Program-made: the position numbers and the translations under genes
Shown: piece by piece, positions 46,590-56,800 of the stretch
How positions within the stretch are numbered: position 1 is the first letter of the stretch
Layout: the number at the start of each line of letters is the position of its first letter
Notes under the pieces: generated by a model
Databases searched by the model: none
Told to the model about the DNA's origin: nothing
Seen by the model: the letters and a program-made list of their open reading frames with translations, nothing else
NCBI GenBank assembly: GCA_963711565.1
Contig: CAVQEQ010000004.1
Span: 800,001 to 864,000, forward strand
Source: an uncultured delta proteobacterium
Lineage (GTDB): Bacteria > Desulfobacterota > Binatia > Binatales > Binataceae
Direction of reading: 5' to 3'
Length of the DNA stretch: 64,000 nt

Positions 46590-48424
46590 TCAGCGACTAT
46601 TGGCGCGTGGCGGAAATGATATTGGAATGAGATTCGTGCGATGGACTATTGGCGCGGACGCCGCCGGTGCTGAACCCTTGAACGCTGCCTGCAGCGCGTA
46701 ATATCCGGCGCGCGGCGTCAGCACGTCGGCGCCGCCGTTCAACGATCCAGCGCCGTCATAGGAAGTGAGCACGGGAGCGTCAGGCCGGCGGCCGGGGCCT
46801 GGCGCGACTGACATCAGCCCGAACCATTCCTCGTCCCAGTACGACGCAAAGCCACTGCCCGCCTCGCCGAACGGAAACTTGCTTTGCTCGATCGTCGTGT
46901 CGTGCGACGACCAGGATCTGGCAGGCGCGCAGCTTCCTTCCACCATTCATCCTGGAACTCGAACACGTAGCCGCCCGACAGAATGCCGCCGCCAGCGGTC
47001 GATAGCGTCGAGTGAGGTCCGTAGATGTCGGATGCGATCTGTTGAATCAGTTTGGCCGCGCGATATCCCGGCGCGCCGCGGAACTCACCGGGCGCAGCGG
47101 CGCTCGCGCTTACCCATTGCGGATTCGGCGGCGGCGGCGGCTGTCCGTCGCGAGTGCGAATCGAAGCGGGCGCGCCCCATTCGGTCAGAACAATCGGCTT
47201 GGGAACGGGATTGGGTTGTTCGGTCCCCGTACCACCGCCGTTCGTGTAGTGGCCGTCAACTATCCAGTGCTTGAAGTTCGCGACCTCTTCGGTCTCGGGC
47301 TTGCGATAGGCGTTGAAGCCCCAGACGTCGAGCGCGTAAATGTCGGCGGGATACGCTCGCCGCCGATGCGCCGACTTGCAGTCGGGACCGGGATTACTGC
47401 CGCTGGGATCGACGCAGACTGGAACCGTGCGGCCGCCGGGATGCGCGTTGGCGATGTCTTTGAAAGTGACCAGCGGTTGCAGGAGCATCGGCGCTTCCGG
47501 CGGTGGATAGTCGGCGAACGCCGTCATCGTCAGTTTGCCCGGTGCGTAGCGCTTCACGACGGCGCCGAGCGAATTGAGATATTGCCAATAATCAATGTAC
47601 CGGTCGGTGCCGCGCGCGAATGGCATGTTGGTTTCATTGCCAATAGCAAATCCGAGTACTGCGGGATGATAACCGTAACGCTGCGCCAGCCACTGAGTAG
47701 TGCGCTCGAGATACATGCGTGCGTCGTGCGCCGACGCGGAATCGGGATTGGTGCTCGGAAAGGCGGACCACGGATCGACCGATACGCCGATGACTACGTA
47801 AATCGGGTTGACGCCATGATTCCAGCACAGGTCCAGGAATTGATCGCCGCCGTCGTGCGCCGGCCATTGCGCGAAACCGGCGGGCGCCGTTGTCGCGCCG
47901 AAGCGGACTCGCGGACTCACACTCCAGTCGAGCGTGTTCCATTTCGCATAGTCGGCCGGCACCATCGGAACCCATTTCCACCAGGCGTAGGTGCGGATGC
48001 TGTTGGCGCCGAGTTGACGGACGAGCCCGTCGGGAAGATCGGCGCCCGTTTCGATGTCGTTGTAGGTCGTGCCCCACAGATCGCGCATCCAGATTGGCGC
48101 GTAAGTGAGATGGGCGGGATCGCCCCAGAAATAATCCGAGCCGGGAATCGTCGCGGCGGCGTCGTTGATCGGGCGCGGCGAGTAATCGACGCCCTTGATG
48201 ACGAAGGGGACTGGCGCGCCTCCGTTCAACGACAAGAGGATGGTTTTGCGATCGCTCGCAACTGACCACCGACTCGTCGATGAATCGGGCGCAAGCAGAT
48301 TCGTCGAGAATGCGTCACTGGCGCTGAACGCGATCGCGAGGGCGATAGCAAATGCAAAAACGCGGGCGTACCCGTAGCCGGCATCGGTGGCCCCTGAATG
48401 AATCAATTCGACGCGTCCCCTCAA
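46590..48424 (-). pseudogene. Secreted clan GH-A glycoside hydrolase (GH2/GH72-like) split by a 1-nt frameshift near 46938
   Basis: IKGVDYSP, LGANSIRTY, FAIGNE, LTEWG, GGYVFEFQDEWWK. The C-terminal DEEWFGL lies in the adjacent frame (46590-46946). Confidence 0.7.
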
Positions 48425-48571
48425 TCACACAAAGAAGCAAGCGATATACCCTCATTCGCGCCTTGTTTCCAACGCGTCGATCGAATGATTCGTACAATCG
48501 ACAATCAGATGCTGCCGTCGTGAGCAGCACCCTGCGGTTTGATGATTGAGATTCGGCCGAGCTGTTGCGGA

Positions 48572-49042
48572 CTAGAAAGGGATGTCTTCGTCGTCCATCG
48601 GCGCGACGTCGTCGCCCGCGCCGCTACCGCCGCCTGTGGGTGCGCGATTGCGAGCCGCGCCGCCGCCGCTAAAGTCACCTGCATCATCTGTCATCGGAGC
48701 GCCGCCGCGTGAACTCAGGAATTGCGTGCGCATCGCGACAATCTCGGTGACTTTGCGTTTGCCGCTGCCGTCCTTGGCTTCGTATTCGCGGTAGGAAATT
48801 CGCCCTTCGACGTAAACCGGGCTGCCCTTCTTGAGGTACTGCGCGCAGGCCTCGCCCTGTTTGCCCCACACTATTATGTTGTGCCAGTCGGTGCGCTCCT
48901 GCCGAGCCCCGCTCTTGTCCATGAACGAGTCCTTGGTCGCGATCGAAAAGCTTGTGACCGACGAGCCCGAGTTGGTGAAACGAGTTTCGGGATCGCGCCC
49001 GAGATTGCCGATGAGAATTACCTTATTTACCGACGCCGCCAT
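48572..49042 (-). CDS. ssb: Single-stranded DNA-binding protein
   Basis: SVNKVILIGNLGRDPE, TDWH, VYVEGRI, DDEDIPF. GAGGTG RBS. Confidence 0.97.
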   Translation of the reverse strand: MAASVNKVILIGNLGRDPETRFTNSGSSVTSFSIATKDSFMDKSGARQERTDWHNIIVWGKQGEACAQYLKKGSPVYVEGRISYREYEAKDGSGKRKVTEIVAMRTQFLSSRGGAPMTDDAGDFSGGGAARNRAPTGGGSGAGDDVAPMDDEDIPF

Positions 49043-49179
49043 CTTCGCCACCTCATGCTCCGAAAACTAGCCCCCACCCGTTCTCAAGGCAAGCCAGCGT
49101 GTTAGTTCGTTGCACAGCGCCTTTCGCAGCCCAATTATCACCGATATAATCCGGCTCGGTGCGGAGGCAGGACAGGGCG

Positions 49180-50856
49180 ATGGCGGCAAGCACTTCCACG
49201 ACCGCGCCGGTCCGAGTCGTGGCCCTTGGCGGGCTCGGCGAGATCGGCCTCAACTTGATGGCGATCGAATGCGCCGGGCGCGCGATCGTGATCGATTGCG
49301 GCGTGATGTTCCCCGACGAGCCGGCGCTCGGGCTGGGAACCTATATCCCCGAGATGGTGTGGTTCGAGCGCAGCCGCGTCGCGGTCGAGGCGGTCGTCCT
49401 CACGCACGCCCACGAGGATCATATCGGCGCACTGGCGCATCTGCTGCGCCGCTTCAACGTTCCCGTTTACGGTACTGATATAACGCTCGCGTTCACGCGG
49501 CGGCGCCTCGCCGACGCGGAGTTCGACGATCCGGTAGATCTGCGGACGATCACGCCGCGCCAGACTTTCGAGGCGGGACCCTTCACGGTCGAGCCGATTC
49601 GCGTTACGCATTCGACGCCCAACTCGATCGCGCTCGCGATTCGCACGCCGGCGGGAATCATAGTTCATAGCGGCGATTTCAAGATCGACGATGCGCCCGT
49701 GGACGGCCAGATGTTCGATCGCGAGCGCTTTGCCGAGCTGGGCGCGGAGGGCGTCGCGCTGTTGCTGTCGGATTCGACCAACGTCGAGCGTACCGGCAGG
49801 TCGGGCTCGGAGAGCTCGCTCAAGCCCGTGTTGCGCGAGCTCACGTCGCGCGCACGCGGCAGATTTTTCTTGTCGGCCTTTTCATCGCATCTGCATCGGA
49901 TTCGCCAGTTTGTCGAAGTCTCGCGCGAGTTCGGCCGCCGCGTCGTTCCGCTCGGGCGCGCGATGGCGGAGAGCGTGCGGCTCGGTCTCGAGACCGGCCA
50001 GCTTCCATTTGCCCGCGCGATGTTCGTAGAACCGGGCGAGGCGGAGTTTCTCGACGGCAATCGGCTGAGCTACCTGACCAGCGGCAGCCAGGGTGAGCCG
50101 CTGTCCGCGCTGGCGAAGATCGCTGGCGATGCGCACCCGCGCGTTCGTATCGAGCATGGCGACGTGGTGGTGCTGTCGTCGCGCTTCATCCCTGGCAACG
50201 AGCGCACGATCAACACGTTGGTGAATCGTCTGTATAAGCAGGGCGCCGACGTGGTTTACGACGCGGTCGCTCCCGTCCACGTTTCAGGGCACGCCAGCCA
50301 GGACGAGCTGACGGAGATGATCGCGCTCACGCGCCCGCGGCACTTTGTTCCGATTCATGGCGAATATCGTCATCTGAGCCGGCACGTCGCGCTCGCGATC
50401 GCGGCGGGAATTCCGGAGCAGAACTGCTTCCTGCTCGAAGATGGCGATTCGCTGATTCTCAACGGTGGTGGTGGCGACGCGCGTCGCGGATCGACAGTCG
50501 AGGCGGGCCGTGTTGCGCTCGATGTCGTGGACGGCGGCGATCCGGCGGTGGTCGGCGAGCGCCGGGTGCTCGCGCGCGACGGCACGGTTACGGCGGTGGT
50601 GGTCCTCTCCGCGAAAACCGGACGCATCGTTGCCGGCCCGGATCTACTATCGCGGGGGTTGGTGAGCGGCGACGGAACTTCGGCGCACATGCGGCGCGCG
50701 AAAGAGGAACTGACGCGGCGCCTGGACGCGCTCGGCGGCCCGCTGCATGCGAACGATTCCCGCGTGAAGGAAGAGATCGTGCGCGCGATCCGGCGTTACT
50801 TCAGCGACGAGCTCGGCAAGCGGCCGTTGGTGATTCCCTACGTGACGGAGGTCTGA
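49180..50856 (+). CDS. rnj: Ribonuclease J
   Basis: LGGLGEIG, THAHEDHIG, THS, GDFK, DSTN, GSQGEP, HVSGH, PIHGE. Confidence 0.95.
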   Translation: MAASTSTTAPVRVVALGGLGEIGLNLMAIECAGRAIVIDCGVMFPDEPALGLGTYIPEMVWFERSRVAVEAVVLTHAHEDHIGALAHLLRRFNVPVYGTDITLAFTRRRLADAEFDDPVDLRTITPRQTFEAGPFTVEPIRVTHSTPNSIALAIRTPAGIIVHSGDFKIDDAPVDGQMFDRERFAELGAEGVALLLSDSTNVERTGRSGSESSLKPVLRELTSRARGRFFLSAFSSHLHRIRQFVEVSREFGRRVVPLGRAMAESVRLGLETGQLPFARAMFVEPGEAEFLDGNRLSYLTSGSQGEPLSALAKIAGDAHPRVRIEHGDVVVLSSRFIPGNERTINTLVNRLYKQGADVVYDAVAPVHVSGHASQDELTEMIALTRPRHFVPIHGEYRHLSRHVALAIAAGIPEQNCFLLEDGDSLILNGGGGDARRGSTVEAGRVALDVVDGGDPAVVGERRVLARDGTVTAVVVLSAKTGRIVAGPDLLSRGLVSGDGTSAHMRRAKEELTRRLDALGGPLHANDSRVKEEIVRAIRRYFSDELGKRPLVIPYVTEV

Positions 50857-50861
50857 ACCCC

Positions 50862-53096
50862 ATCGCGCGCAAGGAGAAAACCGTCATCGAGCTGCATCCG
50901 CCGGCCGTGGTTGAGGAAATCTCGATTGCGCAAGGTCCGGGCGGCCGAATCGCTCGCGAGCTTTTTTCACTGGCGCTGCTGGCCCTCGCGGCGTTCGGCA
51001 TCGTCAGCCTCGTCAGCGTCGATATCGGGCGGAGTCCCAACCTCGGCGGTCCGGTCGGCGCGGCGATCGCGGCGATGCTCGGCGGTGTTATCGGATACGA
51101 ATCGTACACGGCGATGATACTGGTTGCGTTGCTGGCGCAGCGCATATGGACCGGCGCGGGAATCGCGACGATAGCGCGCGAGATTGGCGGCGGCGCGCTT
51201 CTGATTCTCGCGCTCGCGACGGCGGGTGCGTTGTGGAATCTGCAGGACGCCAGGATGGGCGGCGAAGTGGGCGTGAATGTCGCCACTCAGCTCAACGACT
51301 CGATCAGCGTCGCGGGCGGCTTAATCGCGGTCGCGCTCGGATTTATCTGCGGGCTTGCATTGATGCTCAGGCGGGCGCCGACTGAGTTGCTCGCCGGAGT
51401 CGCCAATAAGATTCGCCCGCGCTCGCGCCGTGAAGAATTCGAACTTGCAGACGGCGCGCGAATTCCGTTCTCGCTGAGCGAAGGCGACGAAGTCGAAATT
51501 GACAACGACGGCGTCAACGGCCGGCCGACGCCGCTCAAGGTTAAGCTGCTCGATCTTCGCGAGAAGCGCGACAAGGTGGCAGCGTCGAAGCCGCGCCAGA
51601 AGGGCGCTTTCAAACTTCCGCCGCAGTCGCTGCTCGATCTGCCGCCCGCCGAGCATACGCAGGTGGACGAGGGCCAGCTCGAGCGGAGCGCGCGCGTGCT
51701 CGAGCAGAAACTCGCGGACTTCGGCGTCGAGGGGCGCGTCGTTGAGGTACAGCCCGGCCCGGTCGTCACGATGTACAAATTCGAGCCGGGCTCCGGAATC
51801 AAAGTCAGCCAGATTGTAAATCTGGCGGACGATCTCTCGATGGCTCTTAGAGCGGCCGCCGTGCGAATCCAGGCGCCTGTGCCGGGAGAGGCTGTGGTCG
51901 GGATCGAAGTGCCGAACAAAAAACGCGAACGCGTTTTCCTGCGCGAGATTCTTGAAGCGGACGAATTCTCCGCCGCGCAAAGCCAACTCACGATTGCGCT
52001 CGGCAAGGATATTGCGGGCCTGCCCGTGGCGGCCGACCTCGCCAAGATGCCTCATCTGCTGATCGCCGGCGCAACTGGAACGGGCAAGTCGGTTTCGCTC
52101 CACACGATGATCGCGTCGATTCTCTTCAACGCGACCGCCGACGACGTGCGCCTGATTCTCGTCGATCCGAAGATGCTCGAGTTGTCGGTGTACGAAAATA
52201 TTCCGCATCTGCTCGTGCCGGTCGTCGTCGATCCGCAGAAGGCCGCGTCCGCGCTGCTGTGGGCGACGCAGGAGATGGAGGGCCGCTACCTGCGGATGCG
52301 CGAGCTGGGCGTCCGCAATATCGACGGCTACAACCACGCGCTCGCGTCGGGCGCGTCGCTTGCGCAGCTCAAGATGGCGGGGCAGAGCGCGCCGGCGTCG
52401 GACGATCCCAATCAGCCGGCGGTCGGCGCGATCGAGCATCGCAAGCTGCCGAAGATCGTCATCGTCATCGACGAGCTGGCCGACTTGCTGCTGAGCGAGG
52501 GCAAGACCGTCGAGCGCGATATCACGAGGCTGGCGCAGAAGGCGCGCGCCGCCGGCATCCATCTTATACTCGCGACGCAGCGGCCGTCGGTTGACGTGAT
52601 CACCGGCCTTATCAAGGCGAACCTGCCGGCGCGAATCTCGTTGCAGGTGACCTCGCGCGTCGATTCGCGCACGATTCTCGATTCGATCGGCGCGGAACGC
52701 CTGCTCGGCGCGGGCGATATGCTGTTCATGCCGCCCGGCAGCGCGAAGCTGCGCCGCCTGCACGGGCCGTTCGTCGGCGAGCATGAGATTCGCAAGCTCA
52801 CCGATTTCCTGCGCGAGCAGGGCGCGCCCGAGTACCGCATGGAAATCCTCGACACCAAGCCGCCCGGCGAGGAGGGCGCCGACGGACTCGGTGGCGAGGC
52901 GCAGGACGAGATGTATGATGAGGCGGTGCGAATCGTGATGGAGACCAACCAGGCGTCGATCTCGATGATCCAGCGGCGCCTTCGAATCGGCTACAATCGC
53001 GCGGCGCGGATGGTCGAGCAGATGGAACGCGAAGGAATCGTGATGCCCGCCGACGGCGCCAAGCCGCGCGAAGTCCGCCTGCACAGCGCCCGATGA
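50862..53096 (+). CDS. ftsK: DNA translocase FtsK (start ATC 50862 or GTG 50907)
   Basis: N-terminal TM segments, PGPVVT, PHLLIAGATGTGKS, DELADL, ATQRPS, gamma domain IQRRLRIGYNRAAR. Confidence 0.95.
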   Translation: MARKEKTVIELHPPAVVEEISIAQGPGGRIARELFSLALLALAAFGIVSLVSVDIGRSPNLGGPVGAAIAAMLGGVIGYESYTAMILVALLAQRIWTGAGIATIAREIGGGALLILALATAGALWNLQDARMGGEVGVNVATQLNDSISVAGGLIAVALGFICGLALMLRRAPTELLAGVANKIRPRSRREEFELADGARIPFSLSEGDEVEIDNDGVNGRPTPLKVKLLDLREKRDKVAASKPRQKGAFKLPPQSLLDLPPAEHTQVDEGQLERSARVLEQKLADFGVEGRVVEVQPGPVVTMYKFEPGSGIKVSQIVNLADDLSMALRAAAVRIQAPVPGEAVVGIEVPNKKRERVFLREILEADEFSAAQSQLTIALGKDIAGLPVAADLAKMPHLLIAGATGTGKSVSLHTMIASILFNATADDVRLILVDPKMLELSVYENIPHLLVPVVVDPQKAASALLWATQEMEGRYLRMRELGVRNIDGYNHALASGASLAQLKMAGQSAPASDDPNQPAVGAIEHRKLPKIVIVIDELADLLLSEGKTVERDITRLAQKARAAGIHLILATQRPSVDVITGLIKANLPARISLQVTSRVDSRTILDSIGAERLLGAGDMLFMPPGSAKLRRLHGPFVGEHEIRKLTDFLREQGAPEYRMEILDTKPPGEEGADGLGGEAQDEMYDEAVRIVMETNQASISMIQRRLRIGYNRAARMVEQMEREGIVMPADGAKPREVRLHSAR

Positions 53097-53127
53097 ATGT
53101 TTCCTCTCCCGGTCTGAACAACTCAGC

Positions 53128-53814
53128 ATGAACAGAATTTCGAATGCCCTTATTCCTGCGATCGCGCTGCTGCTCGCCATCGCCGCCCCCGCGCATTCCG
53201 AGACGATGGCTCCGGCTAGTCCGCCCGTCAGCAAAGACCTGAAACAGGTACTCGATCGCCTGCAACGTCACTACCGCGACACCAATTCGTTCTCGGCGAA
53301 GTTCAGCGAGGAGGTCACCACCGTCGGCGCGCCGGCACGCAAACGTCAGGGCACGGTTTCATTTCGTAAGCCCGGACGCATGCGATGGGAGTTTGAGGAT
53401 CCCGAAAAGCAAACGATTGTCAGCGACGGCGAGACACTCTACAGCTACGATCCCGATCTCAATCAGGTCGTGGAGACTCCGTTAAAGCAGGCGCTCAAGT
53501 CGAGCAGCGCAACGTCGTTCCTGCTCGGAATCGGCAATATCAACCGCGACTTCAAGGCGTCGTTCGCGAATCCCGCGACGCCGTCCGGTCTCATCGATCT
53601 GATCCTCGACGCGAAAACCGGCGGCTACAAGATCGAGGTGGGCCTCGATCCGCAGACGTACAATCTCGTGACGTTGACGCTTACCGACCAGCTCGGCGAC
53701 GTGACCAGAATCGACTTCAGCGACATCCATGACAATGTGGAACTGCCCGATTCGATTTTCGCTTACAAGGCGCCGGCCGGCGCGGACATCGTAACGGCGC
53801 CTGCCTCGCCCTGA
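53128..53814 (+). CDS. lolA: Outer-membrane lipoprotein carrier LolA family
   Basis: KPGRMRWEF, IVSDGETL..YDPDLNQV. Canonical position after ftsK. Confidence 0.85.
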   Translation: MNRISNALIPAIALLLAIAAPAHSETMAPASPPVSKDLKQVLDRLQRHYRDTNSFSAKFSEEVTTVGAPARKRQGTVSFRKPGRMRWEFEDPEKQTIVSDGETLYSYDPDLNQVVETPLKQALKSSSATSFLLGIGNINRDFKASFANPATPSGLIDLILDAKTGGYKIEVGLDPQTYNLVTLTLTDQLGDVTRIDFSDIHDNVELPDSIFAYKAPAGADIVTAPASP

Positions 53815-53924
53815 CGATCTGATACACTAAAAGCACGGTCGACGCGCTGAAGCCTCGGCCGCGATTGCCTCGCAGGTATGCGACGGGTATTTTTAAAAGC
53901 CCCTTAAGTTTCCCGGTTTTGTTA

Positions 53925-55265
53925 ATGGAAAAAGTTCACCTGCTCACCCTTGGATGCCCCAAGAATCTCGCCGACAGCGAGTTGATGCTTGGCGCGCTGA
54001 CCTCGGCCGGGTTCGAGATTACGCTCGATCCCGAAGAGGCGCAGGTGCTACTGGTGAATACTTGCGCGTTTATCGAGGCGGCCAAGAAGGAATCGATCGA
54101 CGCGATTCTCGAAGCGGCGGAGGTCAAGAAGCGCGGCTTCGGCAAGCGGCTGGTGGTCGCGGGATGTTTGTCTCAGCGCTACGCGACCGAGCTTGCCGCG
54201 ACGATGCCCGAGGTTGACGTGTTCGTGGGCACCGGCAACTTCCTGGATCTGCCCGAGCTGCTGCGGCGCACCGAAGCGCCCGAGTCGCGGCCGATTCCGT
54301 ATGCCGGCGCGGCTCATCTGCTGCCGACCTCGGCAATCCCGCGCGTCAAGACCGGAGATTTCTTCACGTCTTACTTGAAGATTTCCGAAGGCTGTAATCA
54401 CAAGTGCGCCTTCTGCATCATCCCGAAGATTCGCGGACTGCATGAGAGCCGCCCGCTCGCCGATCTCGTCGCCGAAGCGCGCAACCTCGCGGCCGGCGGC
54501 GTTCGCGAGATCAACTTGATCGCGCAGGATTTGACCGCATACGGACGCGACCTCGACCGGCCGTCTTCGCTGGCGCAATTGCTGCGCGAACTTTCGACTA
54601 TCGACGATCTCCGCTGGATTCGCCTGCTCTACTGCTATCCGAATTTCGTCACCGACGAGCTGCTCGATGCGATCGCGGAGCTGCCGAAGGTCGTCAAGTA
54701 TATCGACATGCCGTTGCAGCATGCCGACGACATGGTGCTGCGCGCGATGCGTCGCGAACGCTCGGGCGCGGCACTAGTCAAGCTGCTCGACCGCGTGCGC
54801 GATCGGATCCCGGGCGTCGTGCTGCGCACGTCGTTCATCGTCGGCTTCCCCGGCGAGACCGACGCCGCCTTCGAGCGCCTGGTGGATTTTGTCCGCAATG
54901 AGCAGTTCGATCGCGTCGGAGTGTTCACCTACTCGCGCGAAGAAAATACCGCCGCCTACGACATGTCGGACCAGGTGCCCGAGCGCGTCAAGCGCGCGCG
55001 GCGGGCGCGCCTGATGGCGACGCAGTCGGAAATTTCTCTCGCGAAAAATCGCGGATTGATCGGGCGCGAAGTCGAGGTGCTGGTCGAAGGTCCGATGCCG
55101 GGACGATCGACGCGGCTGCGCGCGCGGACCTCGGGCCAGGCGCCGGAAATCGACGGCTCGGTTTTTCTTGCGGGCGACGCGGAGCCGGGTGAGTTCGTCC
55201 GCGCGCGTATTGACAAGGCGCTCAGTTACGATCTGCATGCAACGGTCGCAGGCGCGGCCGCCTAA
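53925..55265 (+). CDS. rimO: Ribosomal protein S12 methylthiotransferase
   Basis: LGCPKNLADSE, NTCAFI, GCL, EGCNHKCAFCIIP, WIRLLY, APEIDG. Confidence 0.93.
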   Translation: MEKVHLLTLGCPKNLADSELMLGALTSAGFEITLDPEEAQVLLVNTCAFIEAAKKESIDAILEAAEVKKRGFGKRLVVAGCLSQRYATELAATMPEVDVFVGTGNFLDLPELLRRTEAPESRPIPYAGAAHLLPTSAIPRVKTGDFFTSYLKISEGCNHKCAFCIIPKIRGLHESRPLADLVAEARNLAAGGVREINLIAQDLTAYGRDLDRPSSLAQLLRELSTIDDLRWIRLLYCYPNFVTDELLDAIAELPKVVKYIDMPLQHADDMVLRAMRRERSGAALVKLLDRVRDRIPGVVLRTSFIVGFPGETDAAFERLVDFVRNEQFDRVGVFTYSREENTAAYDMSDQVPERVKRARRARLMATQSEISLAKNRGLIGREVEVLVEGPMPGRSTRLRARTSGQAPEIDGSVFLAGDAEPGEFVRARIDKALSYDLHATVAGAAA

Positions 55266-55287
55266 TATATTTGGAGTCTTAAATTAG

Positions 55288-55740
55288 ATGGCGAAGAATC
55301 CAGTTGCCGCGAACCGAAAGAAGTTCCTGGCCAAAGTGCGCGAACAACTGCTGGACACCAAGACCAAACTGCTCGGCGAGATCGATTCCGAGATGCGCGC
55401 CGAACGCGAAGGCAATAAGGACGAGGGGATGGACACCTACGACCTCGCGTCCGAGGAGCGCGATCGCGAGATCAACTTCATCCTGTCCGACCGCGAACGG
55501 GTCAAGCTCAAGCAAATCGACGACGCGCTCGAGCGCCTCGATGACGGCAGTTACGGCGTCTGCGAGTCGTGCGGATTGGAGATCGCCGAGGAACGCCTCG
55601 AAGCGATGCCGTTCTCGCGCTTGTGCCGGGATTGTCAGCAGGACGAAGAGCGCGAGGCAAAATCGCAGCGGCGACTCGACGACGAGCCCAATGCATATCG
55701 CAAAGTGGGTTCGACCGACGCCGACGACGATAGCGTCTAG
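55288..55740 (+). CDS. dksA: DksA/TraR C4 zinc-finger protein
   Basis: Coiled coil with DTYDLA (DxxDxA), and YGVCESC...RLEAMP...CRDC. Confidence 0.85.
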   Translation: MAKNPVAANRKKFLAKVREQLLDTKTKLLGEIDSEMRAEREGNKDEGMDTYDLASEERDREINFILSDRERVKLKQIDDALERLDDGSYGVCESCGLEIAEERLEAMPFSRLCRDCQQDEEREAKSQRRLDDEPNAYRKVGSTDADDDSV

Positions 55741-55858
55741 CCCCGGCGGCCATTGTTTACCGCGCTGCCCAAAACAGTCATCCTGATCAGAACATTTGCG
55801 CAAGATTCGCGGTCCTTAACGATCGTCAGGATCGCGGGGACGGGGCATCAGCCAGTTA

Positions 55859-56791
55859 ATGAGAATATTTTCCGACATTGATAACGACGGATCTGCCGAT
55901 CCAGCCGGCGTTCGCGAGCGCATTCGCGCCAATCTTTCCGGCGTCGGCGCGACGCTCGCGCTTGCGAGTGTTCGTGGCGGTGTCGGCAAGAGCATGCTCG
56001 CCGTGAACGTCGCGGCGGCGTTGGCGATGAAAGGACGCAAGGTCGTGATCGTCGATGCGGACCTGAATTCGCCCAGCATCAGCGCGATGCTCGGCATGAA
56101 ACCGCAGCGGCGGCTCCCGATGATCGAAGGAGTCGAGCCGGCTGCGGGACCGCATGGCCTGCGCGTAGTTTCGAGCGATCAGCTTCCCGGCGGTGAGGCG
56201 CCGCCGATCAGCTTTGTGCAGGATTACGATCAGGCCGACGGCAACGGCGCCGAGCCGTTCGCGCCGGCCCCGACACGTCCCGCTGAACTGAGCTATCGCG
56301 AGGCGCTGAGCCGAATCCTCTCGCACTCACAACTCGGAAGCGTCGATTTGCTGATAATCGATCTCGCGACCGGCCTCGATCGTTTATCCACGCTTGCGTC
56401 GATGGTCACTCTCGATGGTGTGCTCCTTCTGACTCATCCGTCGGCACAGGACACGAACGCCGCACGGAATGCGATGAAGATTGGACGCGCGATCGGCGCT
56501 CCGATAGTTGGCATCGTCGAGAACATGGTCGGCTTCAACTGCGATGGATGCCGCGCGGTTCGCCCGCTATTTCCGGAGGGCGATCTCAATGGAATCGCGC
56601 GCGAGGCAGCGGTGCCGATAGTCGGACGGCTCGCGTTTGAACCGCGGCTTGCGGACACCACCGATCGCGGTGTCCTGTTCGTGCGCGAGTACGTCGCTAC
56701 GCCTACCGGCAAAGTGCTCGCGGATGTTGCCAATCAGATAGATGCGATGATGATCGCGTCGCGCACGCGCGCGGCAGACACGCTCGGTTAG
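55859..56791 (+). CDS. Mrp/NBP35 (ApbC)-like P-loop ATPase, divergent
   Basis: SVRGGVGKS, DADLNSPS, GIVENM..CDGC. Confidence 0.8.
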   Translation: MRIFSDIDNDGSADPAGVRERIRANLSGVGATLALASVRGGVGKSMLAVNVAAALAMKGRKVVIVDADLNSPSISAMLGMKPQRRLPMIEGVEPAAGPHGLRVVSSDQLPGGEAPPISFVQDYDQADGNGAEPFAPAPTRPAELSYREALSRILSHSQLGSVDLLIIDLATGLDRLSTLASMVTLDGVLLLTHPSAQDTNAARNAMKIGRAIGAPIVGIVENMVGFNCDGCRAVRPLFPEGDLNGIAREAAVPIVGRLAFEPRLADTTDRGVLFVREYVATPTGKVLADVANQIDAMMIASRTRAADTLG

Positions 56792-56800
56792 CGCCGAACT

